64,000 bases of DNA from Balanoglossus misakiensis (lineage: Eukaryota > Animalia > Hemichordata). The position numbers were made by a program, and so were the translations under genes. Each line of letters opens with the position of its first letter. Within the stretch, counting starts at the first letter, position 1. Below the pieces are notes generated by a model. It saw nothing but the letters and a program-made list of their open reading frames with translations, ran no database searches and was not told the origin of the DNA. The stretch is from NCBI GenBank assembly GCA_040954595.2, contig CM082581.2:10849099-10913098 (forward strand). The letters are read 5' to 3'. Shown here in pieces: positions 44,259 to 57,171 of the stretch.

Positions 44259-47200
44259 AGAAAGTTGCTTTTATTCGTCAAGGCCTTGGCCAGATTCACT
44301 TAAAACCACGGACATTTTGTCGCGGACAAAATTTTTCTGTACCTCAGTCATCATCTGTCATGCAGTAGTAACGCACCATCAGCTGTTGAGGGCATGATCA
44401 GCTGTGGAAGCAGCGTGGCGCTGTGGCACAGATTGCAACACACATCCCAACAACATTTGCATAACAAAAGCAACGCAACTTATTAGCAATGACAATGCAG
44501 ATGAGTACATCACCATGGACAAAGCACATGTGAATATTTTAACAGCTCTTCACGGACAAAAAAAGTGACAGAAGTTGACCACAAACACAATATTGTGATG
44601 TCTGCGCGGCCATTTGGAGCCTACAGTACTGACGGGTTGGCAATGAAATATGCAGAGCCCGCCCAAATACTAGGTTCTTGTTGGTGAACACTTCACAAAG
44701 AAATAGCGCTGAGCGCTTGATAATGACATATTGGGCAAAAAAGGAAGTGTTTTCTTCGGTAGAACATTTCCCCCGCTGCCCGGAATTTACAGACTGTTGA
44801 CCTATCCCTCTGGTCTTGTGTGCAAAGGCAAGTGAGAGACAAAGGATAACCGAGCATGTTGACTTATACAGTTCTTGTTTCATATTTATTTGATATGTGT
44901 GGAAAGGAGACAGATTTTTTTTTTGTGTAGTCAGTACAGTATTGTTGCAACTCCTTTGTGTATATACCTCAGATAAGGTCACAAATCTGTCTTCTAAATT
45001 TTCTCTTTTCTTAGTTTCGCCAAGAACTTTTATAAGAAGAGGTTTTGACCTGGGGGTGTAAGTTTCTTAGAGGGGCATCCAAATCTTTTGTTTTTCTCTT
45101 ACAACTAATCCAGTTTAACATTTTGCCACCGTATATTTAAATGAAAACAGGCCTTTGACGGCTTAAACTTCTTGGTAAAGTGAACATTTTCAATTTTATA
45201 TTTATCAATAGTAGCGAGGCAGATAATGATTAGGTTTTTACAACAAATGACAACTGGAATTAATTTTGAAAAGGGGGGAGTCCAAGTCCAAAATGTTCAT
45301 TTTTCTATTATGCTAATTTATTTGTGTATGTACAGTGTTTTTCAAAAATTAAATGGTTAGGTCAGTAGATTTCAGCAATGTAATGTTTACCCCAGATATT
45401 TGTTATTACAAGTGAATTTTTAAGAGCAGGTGCATTATGCAGATCTGTGTTGATTGTTCAAAAGTAGAAAGCTCTCAAGGAAATCCTTGAGAACAACGGA
45501 CTTTTCAAAACACACTGTGTAGCGTTCATTTTGAAAGTCAACACGGTCTGGAGAAACTGCTTGTAAAGCACTGGTATTGCTTGCAAAGTTTTTTTTTTGA
45601 GGAATCAACCAGGAAATATGAAATCAAGACTGCAAGTTTCTTACCATCTTAGGATGTGCCATATTATAGGTTGTGATACTGCAGAAATATGGTCAGTGTG
45701 TTTCTGTAGACAGTGAAATTCTTGCCTATAACCGCACTCCTTGATTTTGCTGAAAGGGAGAGTTTGGGAACTGAAGACCTTCTCGGCCGTGTCTCGTCTG
45801 GCGTGGAGTTTGTTTCTGCCAGGAGCACTGTACTGCCAAAGTCAGTTCCACAAACGTGTAAAATCATAGAACCCATTTGCACACAATGTGCTCCCTTTGC
45901 ACAGAGAGAGAGAGACAATTTCTGAAGGAGAAGCTTACAGGGGAAGTACTAGGCCCAGTACACAACTGACATTTTTTTTGTATCTATCTGTGTTATAAAC
46001 CAGGATTGTTTCAGACCAGTACTAAAGCCCAACTCCCACTTCCCTGTAACTCTTACTGAACCAGAAGGAAGAAAAAACAGAAACTTCATAAAGGACTGCT
46101 TTCTTGGTTGGAAAGCAAAATGACTTTAAAACCTAGAAAAAAAATGTCCTTTTAAATCCAACATTTACACGATAGTTTCCCAGTTAACTTTAAAGTGTGT
46201 CTTCACTCCGGAGCACACTAAAAACAGGCGTATCAAGTTGTGAAGAATTTTTTTTGTGTTGTGTGTACTCTGAGCATGGTAAAAAAAAATATATGTATAC
46301 CAAGGTGTGTACGGTATGTGTGTTTTACAAACACTTTGTGTATAAAGAGACATTTTGATTGTACACATGTATATAAAACTCAAATGTAGCTGAGTGTCAA
46401 AGCTAAAACTAGGTCTCTGTTGAAGTTGCCCACGGTGACACAACAGGGATGTTTTATATTAAAAGTTAACTGCGGATTTTTCATGCAATCATCAGTGTGT
46501 GTGTGTGATTCTTATTTTGAATATCTGCAAGAACAGTTTTCAGTTGCATGCGGATGTGTTACTTTTTCTATGTGCACATTTTCAACGAAACCCAAGCAGA
46601 CAGTGTGGAGAGCTGACCAGAATAAGTAGCGAAATCAATTTGGCGAATGCTGGCTGCCCTCTCCAACATTTCAGATTTAATACTTCCTCATTCCTACTGT
46701 TCAACTAGCAACGATCCAGAAGTGTCTTTTTTTGAATGATTGTGAGATGAGACCAAAGTGGGTTGTACGTGCTTGAAGGTTGCTAATTTAAGGTCAATAT
46801 CTAATGCCATTGAAAACTTGAATGGAATAACCTCTAATGTTTGGAGTTTGCAGTAATTTTCCGAATTGCAAGTCCCTATTGTCATTCTATTGAAGAAATG
46901 GCTGTGGCCACGAATATTCGTTTTTTTTTTCCTGCGATCATCTTAAGCATGATGAAATCAACGTGTGTGACACATCTTGTTCAGCTGATGTAATAGTAAT
47001 ATATTACAGGTCAACTCTGATTCATGGTGTATGTACGTGACCAGACTCCGAAGAGTTCACTGATACAGTTTAGTCAGTAAGCATCAAAGTACTTGATAAA
47101 ATGGTGACACACTGAAACTGTGATGTGGTGGGTGGTTTTAATGCGTCAACCTTTCATTTTATCACTTGGTAAAATGGCGAAGAGAACATAGAAAGTGAAT

Positions 47201-50200
47201 TATTCAATAGAACAATTTCCCATCACAGCATCGCCCTAAAAAACTGTGCGTGTCATTGACTGAATATTTGTTCCTGTATATGTCACGTCACCATGCCTGA
47301 ATGGAATCAGCTGTTTGCTGGGGTGGCTGTTTTTTCCCTGCGCATGCTGTCATTTCTAATACAATCCCCACACCAAGTGACCGGATTAAGGACTTCGAAT
47401 ACATTTTGACACGACGGGGTTAATACCTCGCGCCACATACGCAGCTTGCCTGGGAACTGTTGGAGGTTGTTGCTAGGCAACTGTGACGTATCGAGGCTAT
47501 CATTTCGCAAGCGATTTAGATATTGAAAAGGGGAAAAATTATATTCTGCACTGATATTTACAGTTTCGTTTTGAAGGAAATTGTAAAATACCGATAGCGA
47601 TATGATTTCAATTCGATCTGAAAATGGCCATGATGTCCGACATATATGAGCATAAATCGATCACATTTTAGGTTCACCTCAAGTTTGGGGCGAGACGGAT
47701 CTCTGAAAACAAGTTTAGAGTAAAACCCTTTGTGTTGCCGTACAAAGCAGCTTCGGACTGGAGCCTTGGTCGGCTCTTAGTGACGGTTCCTATCAGGACG
47801 ACGGAATGTGATATGCCTAGCGACACGAGACAAGCAAGACTGGCTGGTGGCCAAATCACGCATTTAAACACCCACACGGTGGTTTCATAGCCCGCTTTCA
47901 CCGTGCGGTGAACTCCAGACTTGTTTGTCGACCCTTTCGTCTCGTATATATATTGGTAGTAGCTGCTTAAAGTAAAACTACACCCACAGCAAGGTCAAAG
48001 GGACATCATTAGCAAGGTGACTGGTTGTACTCGTTTCTCCCTGTCACTCATTCATACAGGTTTGGCTGGTATATATGTGAAATATAGACTTGTCATGTTT
48101 TTGGCTTTTTTAAATGCCAAACTTCCGTGGTAGTCGAGTTATTATATTTCCTGTATAATATAGTCCATATTCGTACGACCCGAGGAAACTAACCCTTTTT
48201 TTTTCATTTAAAGCATCAGTTGACCCGAACAAGTGATATAAAAAGTCCACGCATTTTTTGGTTTGAACAGAAGAAAAATTATCTGTATTTCTGTGTACAC
48301 GCAACGGTAATTAGAAAGAAACTGGAAAGATTTTTATGAGCGCAAAACTTGGAATTAATAATTATAATATTGACGTTGGATCTCGTCCTCATTTCTGGAA
48401 TAAATCGGAGTCCAGCGTTTTGAGAGAAGTGCGTCCCGGCTTACAACCTTTCTTCTCATAGCTAGAAATTGAGTAAAAGTAAAAAATAAATGGGTTAGTC
48501 ATGGTTTCGTTCACAGAAATACAAAACTTTGCCCAGCTGTTTTCTCTCGTGTTTGACAGTGTTTGGTAATATAAAATATCAAACATGTTGGATATTTTGC
48601 TCAACAGCTCAGAAGTAAAAAAGGACAACGACAAAAAATCACCCGCACACGAGAGAAACTTTGCTGACCAAATTCCTCGGGTGATTTTTGGTCTACTTCC
48701 CCTGTGGCAGCGTTTTTTCATCATTAAAGTTGGTGGCGTGATTTAAAAAACCTCTAACCCTGTCCGCATAAATGCCATTGTCAAACCCGCCGTTGGTGGC
48801 GACAATTAAAAAATCCAGCACACTCAATACTGTCCGCGAATGTCAGAACTGTGCGTATAAGCTTTACTTTAGTTCTTGGTCACAAAGTGAATAAATTGAA
48901 AGAAACCCCACACATTTTAGTGTACAAGTGGACTTACTCGGGGCAGCAGCGCGCATATATGCGATCGGAGAACACGGCACATGTACATTTCAAACAAGCG
49001 TATTTCTCATGATACCACGTGTCCATCTTGGAACAACCGTCAACTGCATTAAAACAATGTAAATGAACACTAGTAAGTGTCGGAACGAATTGATATTTCA
49101 CTATGATAGAAACTTCGAGTCCGCTGTTCATTTTTTTTTTTTGAAACTCGGAATACAAGCCGAAGAATCGCACAACGCTGGTTCATTTTACATCTCAAAC
49201 TGGTGGCGATTGGGGGAGGGGGGGAACTTTTGCGGTATACAAAAAGTGAACTTGCCTTCTTCAAAAATGCACCCGACGTTGGCAGTGACCGAGGAAGGAA
49301 AACACATAATGATGAGATGAAGGCAGATGACTGTTTTGTGTCCGTCCATATTAACAAGTAGTCAGTGTCACTGCAACATTAATCATTTGCGATATATTAG
49401 TTTGCGGGTGAAATCATGAACGTACCATGGTCAGTTGTACCAAGTTTTCTGCGACTAGCAACGTTACACTTTTCAATCGTCCTTTTGTGGTGTGATCGTA
49501 GATATAAGAGTAAACCATGACGAAAAAGCAGCAGTATTATGCAGTGTTTGAAAGTCGGACGTACGCCGACGATATATCTCATGGCAGAAACTTTTCCTTC
49601 ATGATGCCAACATTTTCATTTTTTCTATCTAAACATATCGGTTCCGCTAATGGCATTATGTATCTTAACTCGATAAGATGAAACTTACCACCGTTTCTCG
49701 TTCAATAAGAATTACCTCGACAATCAGACATAAAGCAACTGCGCCGCTCTTTCAAGTGTGAAATTGGCCTAATGATGTTGTTGCAGCCTCAAAGTATATA
49801 TAATTATTCGTTGTAACAAAACGTTGACCTGTTTGTTTAAGTGGTTCATTCTGTTCAAAACAAGCAGAACTACCCGCAATAATTTTTATTCAAAAAACTG
49901 CTCACGGTTTTTGTTCGAACAGATGTCCGTGGGTTTCCATGACATGTTGATGGTGCAACCGAGTAATCGGCAAAGCATGATGGGACATTTGATCCCTGAT
50001 GCCATGGCAACGTCATCTTGGCTACACCCAAGCGACGTTTACTCACACAGTTACAAAATACCCAAGTTCGACAATTAATTTTATTGTTGACGCGTGTACG
50101 TAACACATCATGTTCACCGAGTACATGCACGATGCGGTGTTCACCAATCATTATGTGAAACAGCCCTACTAGTATCTTGTCATATATTTACATAAACTTT

Positions 50201-52059
50201 GAGTTTCTGTATTTTTCAGTCCGTAAAACACACATACACACATTATGATACACATTACACGAGATGGCCAATTGGCCGGGACCAGATTAAAATGAAGCAT
50301 GAGGCAATAGCCATACAGAACAATATAATAATTGACTTTCTAAACCCTCCCTTCATAATAATTGACATAGTACAGTGCCACCTTACTGGCTTATTGTCAC
50401 GGTGGGGGAAAGAGAAAAAAAAATTACATGCAAATGTTGGGGTTAAATAGTGTATAAGGTCTGTATGTTTTGTTTTAACACAAACCTTATAAATGTTTCT
50501 CGACCTAGAACACTGCGCATGGCCTTGTCATAAGAAGACTCATAGTAAGCAAAATTACAACTTACTCCTCTAACTACAATTTAACATGCTACCATGATTT
50601 TCTTCCTCTCAACTACACTCGTTTCTGTAAAGGCTTTACACGAAGACTCAACCCCCGATTCTTACAAACATCCAAATATGTATTCCACGGTTTGGGAGCA
50701 ATAAAGAAAACTTGTTTAAATATCTATCATAGTTGAAGCCTGTCTAAAAACTGTGAGCCCACTTTCTGAACATCATCGACAACAGAAAAATTTAGAGGAG
50801 TGCCTCTCGTCTAGGTTGAGCGTGTTTGGTTCCTCTGAAAAAAAAAAGACATGGAGTTATTGTTATCAACCAATGTACATAAAAGAGAATGCAGATTCAA
50901 AGGGATCAAGATTTTATATACATCAGTGAATATCCAATACACTGCATAACACTTATATGGACGCAACTGACGGACACTACTTACTAATTTCTAAATTGGA
51001 AGGATCATCAACAAAATCGTCAGCAATCTTTTGGAATAGATCCTCTGAAAAATAACAGGAATGAATTGTGAAAATCTCAATGTGATACATCATATACTAA
51101 TTTATACTAAATTAAACTTGGCTTTGAAAGGTTGAAATTTCTGTTGTTTTCACATCATCATCATCATCATTGTTTGACTCACTTATATGATAGCCAGTCT
51201 TGCTACTTGTTTCTAGAACTTCGGCTTGGATTTCTGTGAATAAACACATCCAGTATGAGTAAAAACACATCTCTGTAGTGCACATATTGCTACCTGACAA
51301 AGGCTGAGGAGGGGGGCAGATGACCACCTATCAGCAATTTCACTGAGTACAGTTAAGGAAGGCCATCACAATCATACTCACCATCTGCAAAATCTGTGGT
51401 CATATGATAGTCCACTTGCCTTGCCCTTTTGTTATTTTCTACTAAATCATACTTTGTCCCACAAAGGTAAATTTTACAATGCTGCAAAAGACAACAAATG
51501 TTCATTAGAACAGATTTCCAAAGTTCTCTGCAATTGTACAGTAATTTATTATAACCTCAAATGAGGTAAGAAAATAACTCATACCCTGTCTTTTTACAAC
51601 TATTGTCTCATATATGACTCATAATTCAAAGTGGCCTTTGAACTTGATCTGTTGTCATGGCAACACCCACCTCTTCATTGGTCTTCAACTCTTGAACCCA
51701 AAATCTTGTCCTCTCAAAGCTGGAAATGTCTGTCAAATCTGAAACAGTAGAAAGAGAGGTGTTAGTGATGTCCACTGGATTTAAATTCAGCTCTGCAATG
51801 TTACTGTTTAGTGTGAGGGCCTTTTTGTCTTTGAATCACAGGCAGAACAATGCACCGCAAACATACTTTTACTGCACTGGCACGCCACATGGATGCTCTC
51901 ACTTCTGTTTTGCAGACGTTCTGTGGCGTCACGATGCATAAATTCGCACAGAAAGAAAATTCATGTATGCTTAAAAATCCCGCAATCTCAATTACATGTA
52001 TGGCACTGTATTCACCATAGAATACAATTGCAGCTTTTTGGCCCCTATAGTATACATCA

Positions 52060-52269
<210 letters not shown>

Positions 52270-53699
52270 TCACCTATGCGCACTGAATTCTTTGAGACAG
52301 TGCCCCGTCTTTGTTAGTAACTTCCCTTTCGCACACAGACTCACTTCCCTATGTATGGGCCCAATGAATCGCAAAACAATCATAAGAAGTATGATACCAC
52401 GACACTTACCCAGATACCCATCGTTATAGACTTCCTACTAGTTTCAACCTTCTTTGCACCGAAGGCTGCTCCTATTGTCTGCAAGGCAAATGTAAACACA
52501 GGTCATCACATGATGTGTCTAAGTCCTCCAACAACCATGTGACAGAACCCTTTATTTGTGTGTGCAGTGGCACCCACTAAAAATATGTGATTGGCTATAT
52601 TTCAATTTTCAATGGTAACCATCATATGGTTAAATATGCATAGGTGACCATATGCCCAAAGTGTAACATCTGGAATAAATATAATTCACTTTTAAAACAT
52701 TTTTCCAAGAGTGTGATGTCCAAGACAATTGTACAGTAATTGAACAATGTCACAAAATGAAATTCTTCTATGTACTATCCAGTCCCTAGAAACACACACC
52801 ATGTGGTACATCTATGCACACACCAAGTCCAGTTACCTAATCGCATGATTATGGTGACAATTACATAATCTACTAATACATGTATTTGGAATTACATTTG
52901 TGGTAAATGTATTTGGGTGTCTGTACACAACCTGTGGGCTGTGGTTCATGTTTTAGTTTTGTATACAAGGGCTGGGTAGTATATAAAATTGGATAATAGC
53001 AATTTGATTTAACTTACGTTTTGATATGGCACGTCGCCATGAAACCTGTCGTGGAGGTACCTCTCCACCAGACTTGTCTTGCCACCGAACTCTTTGCCAA
53101 GTAACACTACCTTTAAATCGACACGACTACCTGCCATGTCTTCTTGTTCGACAAAAGTCCACTCCTCCCACTTGTCCAAACTATATCTCGGACCGGACGA
53201 CGAAAGCTAAACAGATGAGCACCGTTTATCACTTCTCATGTCATCCTTGATGTTTATGGTCCTTACAAGATTGGTACCTGGTCGTACTACGTTGTAATTT
53301 AAGGGATACCCCGCTCAATTTTATCTATGATGTCACTCAGGTTTCTCACAGACTGGCTTCCTATTTCCTGAATTTCCTGTGATGAATGGTTGCGCATGTG
53401 CAGATTTTAATGACCGACAATACCCACAATTCTTTGCAAATAACCAATATGTCTGCGTACATGAGTTTCATGCGCCCGTGGTCAACGTTGTTTTAATTAA
53501 AGGTTTACAATCACCCTTAATTTCCATATGTCTATATATGGTTAAAGGGGCGTGTCGAAGTCTTCGAATTATCCTTTGTGAGCGCACTTTTTTCGCGTGA
53601 TTCGATCTCAACTTTCCATGGTAACTGTGGTCTAAATAAAGGAACAATATGCAATAAAAGTTGGCTTGTAGCACAGAAGCTGTAAAAGTTTGTGCCAAA

Positions 53700-55325
53700 A
53701 TGGCCAACAGCAAGTATGAGTATGTGAAACAGTTTGAAACCCAGGATAAGTGTCTCCCAAACTGTTGGATTGTTGTCAGAGTAGACGGAAGAAATTTCCA
53801 CAAGTAAGTAAGCAATGGCATGCATCTTGCAATGTAGTACATGAACATGCATGTCTGTAGAAACATGGATGACAGCTGTTTGCAACATGCAACAAATAAA
53901 AGAAACATCTGACACGTTCACAATACCATAGCAATATTGCCTCTTCCCAATTAAAAGACCAACATCTTCAACTTTCTTTTTTCTGGCAGGTTTGCTGATG
54001 AACATAGTTTTGAAAAGCCCAATGATGAAGCCTGCTTGAAGCTCATGAACTCGTGTGCCGAATATGTGATGAACGAATTCAGAGACATTGTTATCGCATA
54101 TGGAGACAGTGATGAATACAGTTTTGTTTTCAAGAGAAATACGACTCAGTTTAGCCGACGAGCTAGGTGAGTGTTTTGGTTTTAGGACAGTTACATTGTG
54201 GACGTATACCCTGTATAAGAGGACAGCAGAGGAGGAATGATATTTCACAGAGCACACTACAAATTCCACTAATCTACTGTTGTTCTCTTTGTAGCAAGTT
54301 GATGACCAACGTTGTGTCCCAGTTTGCATCCTGCTTCGTATTCAACTGGAATAAGTTCTTCCCGGACAAGCAGTTGAAATATCCGCCAGCCTTCGACTGC
54401 AGGGTTGTGTTGTATCCGACCAATCAGAATCTGAGGGATTATCTCAGCTGGAGGCAAGCTGATTGTGAGTCTTTTGAATGAATTTGAATTGAGCGATTGC
54501 AAGCAAAAGTTTCAAGACTTTAGATAAGTTTGTCTCCACTTGTTCAGTTTTGATTTTGTAGACTGAAACTAAACTGAGATCAACCAGCTTCCTGGATTCT
54601 TCAGATTACCAACATAATATCTGTACCATGTTTCGATAAAGCTAGTGACCATTGTGATATTTTCCCTACAACAGGCCACATCAACAATTTGTACAATACT
54701 TGTTTTTGGATGCTTGTACAAAAAGACAACTGCACAACCCAGGAAGCTGAGGAGAAGTTACGGGTAAGAGTTTCTGAGAACACTTTGGTTGCATCTGTTG
54801 TGTTGATGCTGGATGATCTCGAGTGTTTCACATAGTCCATTTTGAAATACTTTATTGTCAGAAAAGAACAAGCGTATTTTATCTGTGGTTCTTCCTTTGT
54901 ATTATTACTAATTTTATTATCACTGATTTCAGGGTACTTTTTCCAGTGACAAGAATGAACTGCTGTTCTCCAGGTTCGACGTCAATTACAACAACTTACC
55001 ACCATTGTTCCGCAAAGGATCCGTTCTCTTCTGGCAGAAGGTAAGGCAGATCGTAAACTCATGTTGGAATACGGATTTTGTCAGAGACATCCTTCGACAC
55101 TGACTGATGTGGTTGACTTTTACTGGAATAACATTATTTCTCATTTTTTTTTGTCTTTTGACGAAGGTTGAAGAAAAGACTGTGAAGCAGTGCAGAAGTA
55201 AAGACTCTGATCTTGTTGTCACCAGAGAAGTTACCAGGCTGCGAAATATTGTCGTCACACAACATTGTGACATCATTGGTGACGAGTTCTGGAAACTGCA
55301 TCCAGAAATACTTGGAGAGAGTTGA
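53700..55325 (+). CDS. THG1L: tRNA(His) guanylyltransferase, 6 exons, 268 aa
   Basis: Exons 53700-53803, 53990-54166, 54295-54464, 54675-54763, 54933-55040 and 55167-55325 total 807 nt in frame. Motifs: [10 protein letters not shown]-x-[58 protein letters not shown] and [10 protein letters not shown]. Confidence 0.96.
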
Positions 55326-56577
55326 CACAAGTGTATATTGCAAGACACTGACAGTAACATTAAGTAATGGAAGACACTATTTTTCAGTCAATGGAATTTA
55401 TTTGTGAACTTTGCCAACAGCAACGTATAAACAACAGTTCTTGGCTTCAATTAGCCATACCAACAACAAAAAACAATGGATGTTCAGAAAGAACCCAACA
55501 TGTATGTACATAACTCAACTAAAATGGAATAAAGGTAACTGATGCTAGAATATCTTATTTACAACATACATGATCTAGAAGACTGGACTGTTGTGCAATG
55601 AGTGAGTTGTAAATAAACTGTAGTCATGCTTTATTTTGAAATCTCACAAAAAAATTAAACTATGCAAGTTGATGCCAGAAAGCAGAGAATGAATATCCCC
55701 CACAAGGCCTTACATGATTAAGGTAGCTGCAACCACTTATTTGAAACCTAGTTGGAATTGTTTACAGCGTAAGAAACACACTCATTTTTTTTTTGGCAAA
55801 AACCTCACAATTGCATATTTTGATTATCTGTATCCTACAAAGCATTTGGAAAATTCCTTCAAGGATTTACAGGTATGTGCAACAATAACTTCAGCTTAAC
55901 ACTAAAATATATTGATCAGTTTTCTTTGTCTTATTTTCTTGTTTTTTTTTTTCTCTTGAGAATTCGTTAACATCATTTTCTTAACTGTCAACAAAATCAC
56001 ATGACACAACCACTAAGAGAGTAGAGACAGTCAAATGTTTGAAATAAGGGACTCTGATGTATTTAAAACTGTACTCCCTACCGTACACATTGCCAAGAGT
56101 TATGCTGAGAACTTGTGCAATTTCAAACCTCTTATTTTTTCTGGTACAAACCACTCAATGTGACAATGAACTTTTAATTTCAGTGAGGAGACGTGAAAGA
56201 CTTTCCTCAAGGCAACATTTGCAAAAAATTTGACAAAAAAAATCACTGTCAAAATGAGCTGCTCCACATCGTTTATCAGTTGGGTTCTGTGCGCCTGGAC
56301 AGCGAATAATTCCTGGATATTTGTAGGAAGCATTGCGCTCAACATTTCCTCCATCAATGGAGAAATTACACACCATTGGTGCTAAGTGAGAACAAATCAA
56401 CTAAGCAAAGTGAGCAGCAGCTTCCAAGAAATTACCATTTAGAATGATGTAAAGGCTAACATTTTAGACTTTGCTGCCACTGCAGTCGTGTCAAAAACCA
56501 AACACCTGAACAAAAAACACTTCATGGTTTGGATTTACTAACTTAATTAACGAATGCTATATTTGGGAGGGGGTGTA

Positions 56578-56653
56578 CCCTTTCACCCCCCAGTTCCCTC
56601 TCTTTTGAGGTCCAACTTAATGATAGGAAACCATGGGTATGGGCTGAACCATG
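56578..56653 (-). mobile_element. Truncated third copy of the roughly 85-bp TTAA MITE
   Basis: CCCTTTCACCCCCCAGTTCC...GAGGTCCAAC...ATAGGAAACCATGGGTATGGGCTGAACCATG aligns to the reverse complement of 10599-10683. One TIR and both TTAA flanks are lost. Confidence 0.6.
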
Positions 56654-57171
56654 TGTTGACTCAACACAGGCACAGGAGCCATAGGAAAACAGTACACTAG
56701 CATTCTGTACAGTAGTCTACAGCTGCAATGCTTGATACAGTTTCTGGCACAAAATAGCCAACTCAACGTTTTCTTCAGTCACCTGATAAATGTTACATTA
56801 TTGCATATAACTCACCACCTTACTTTTCGTTGTGGTATCCAAGTAAAGTTTTCAAATGACAAGTCAAACTAGAATGAAATCAAAATACCCTCTCTTTTTG
56901 AGGCGTGAACACCCTCAAAGAATATTTTGAGAACTGTATTTTGATTTTTTTGCTGTTGCACAACAACTGCCCATTTTTTTTCCAAATGCGCATTCTTGAA
57001 GAACGTTTTAGCCGCGGTCGCATTACTGACCTGAACAAAACAAGGTCACTCAGTGCATCAACCTCTAACACTGAAAACACCGACCTTTGACATCGGGGAC
57101 ATTGTGTCTGGCCTGAGCAGTTATTCTCGCGAGTCTTTCCGGCGATCGACAGAACCGTCGGTCCCGATTCG

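Noticed and set aside
53468-54502. Long minus-strand ORFs (265, 146 and 77 aa)
   Set aside because: They are antisense to THG1L exons and introns and contain no recognisable domain.
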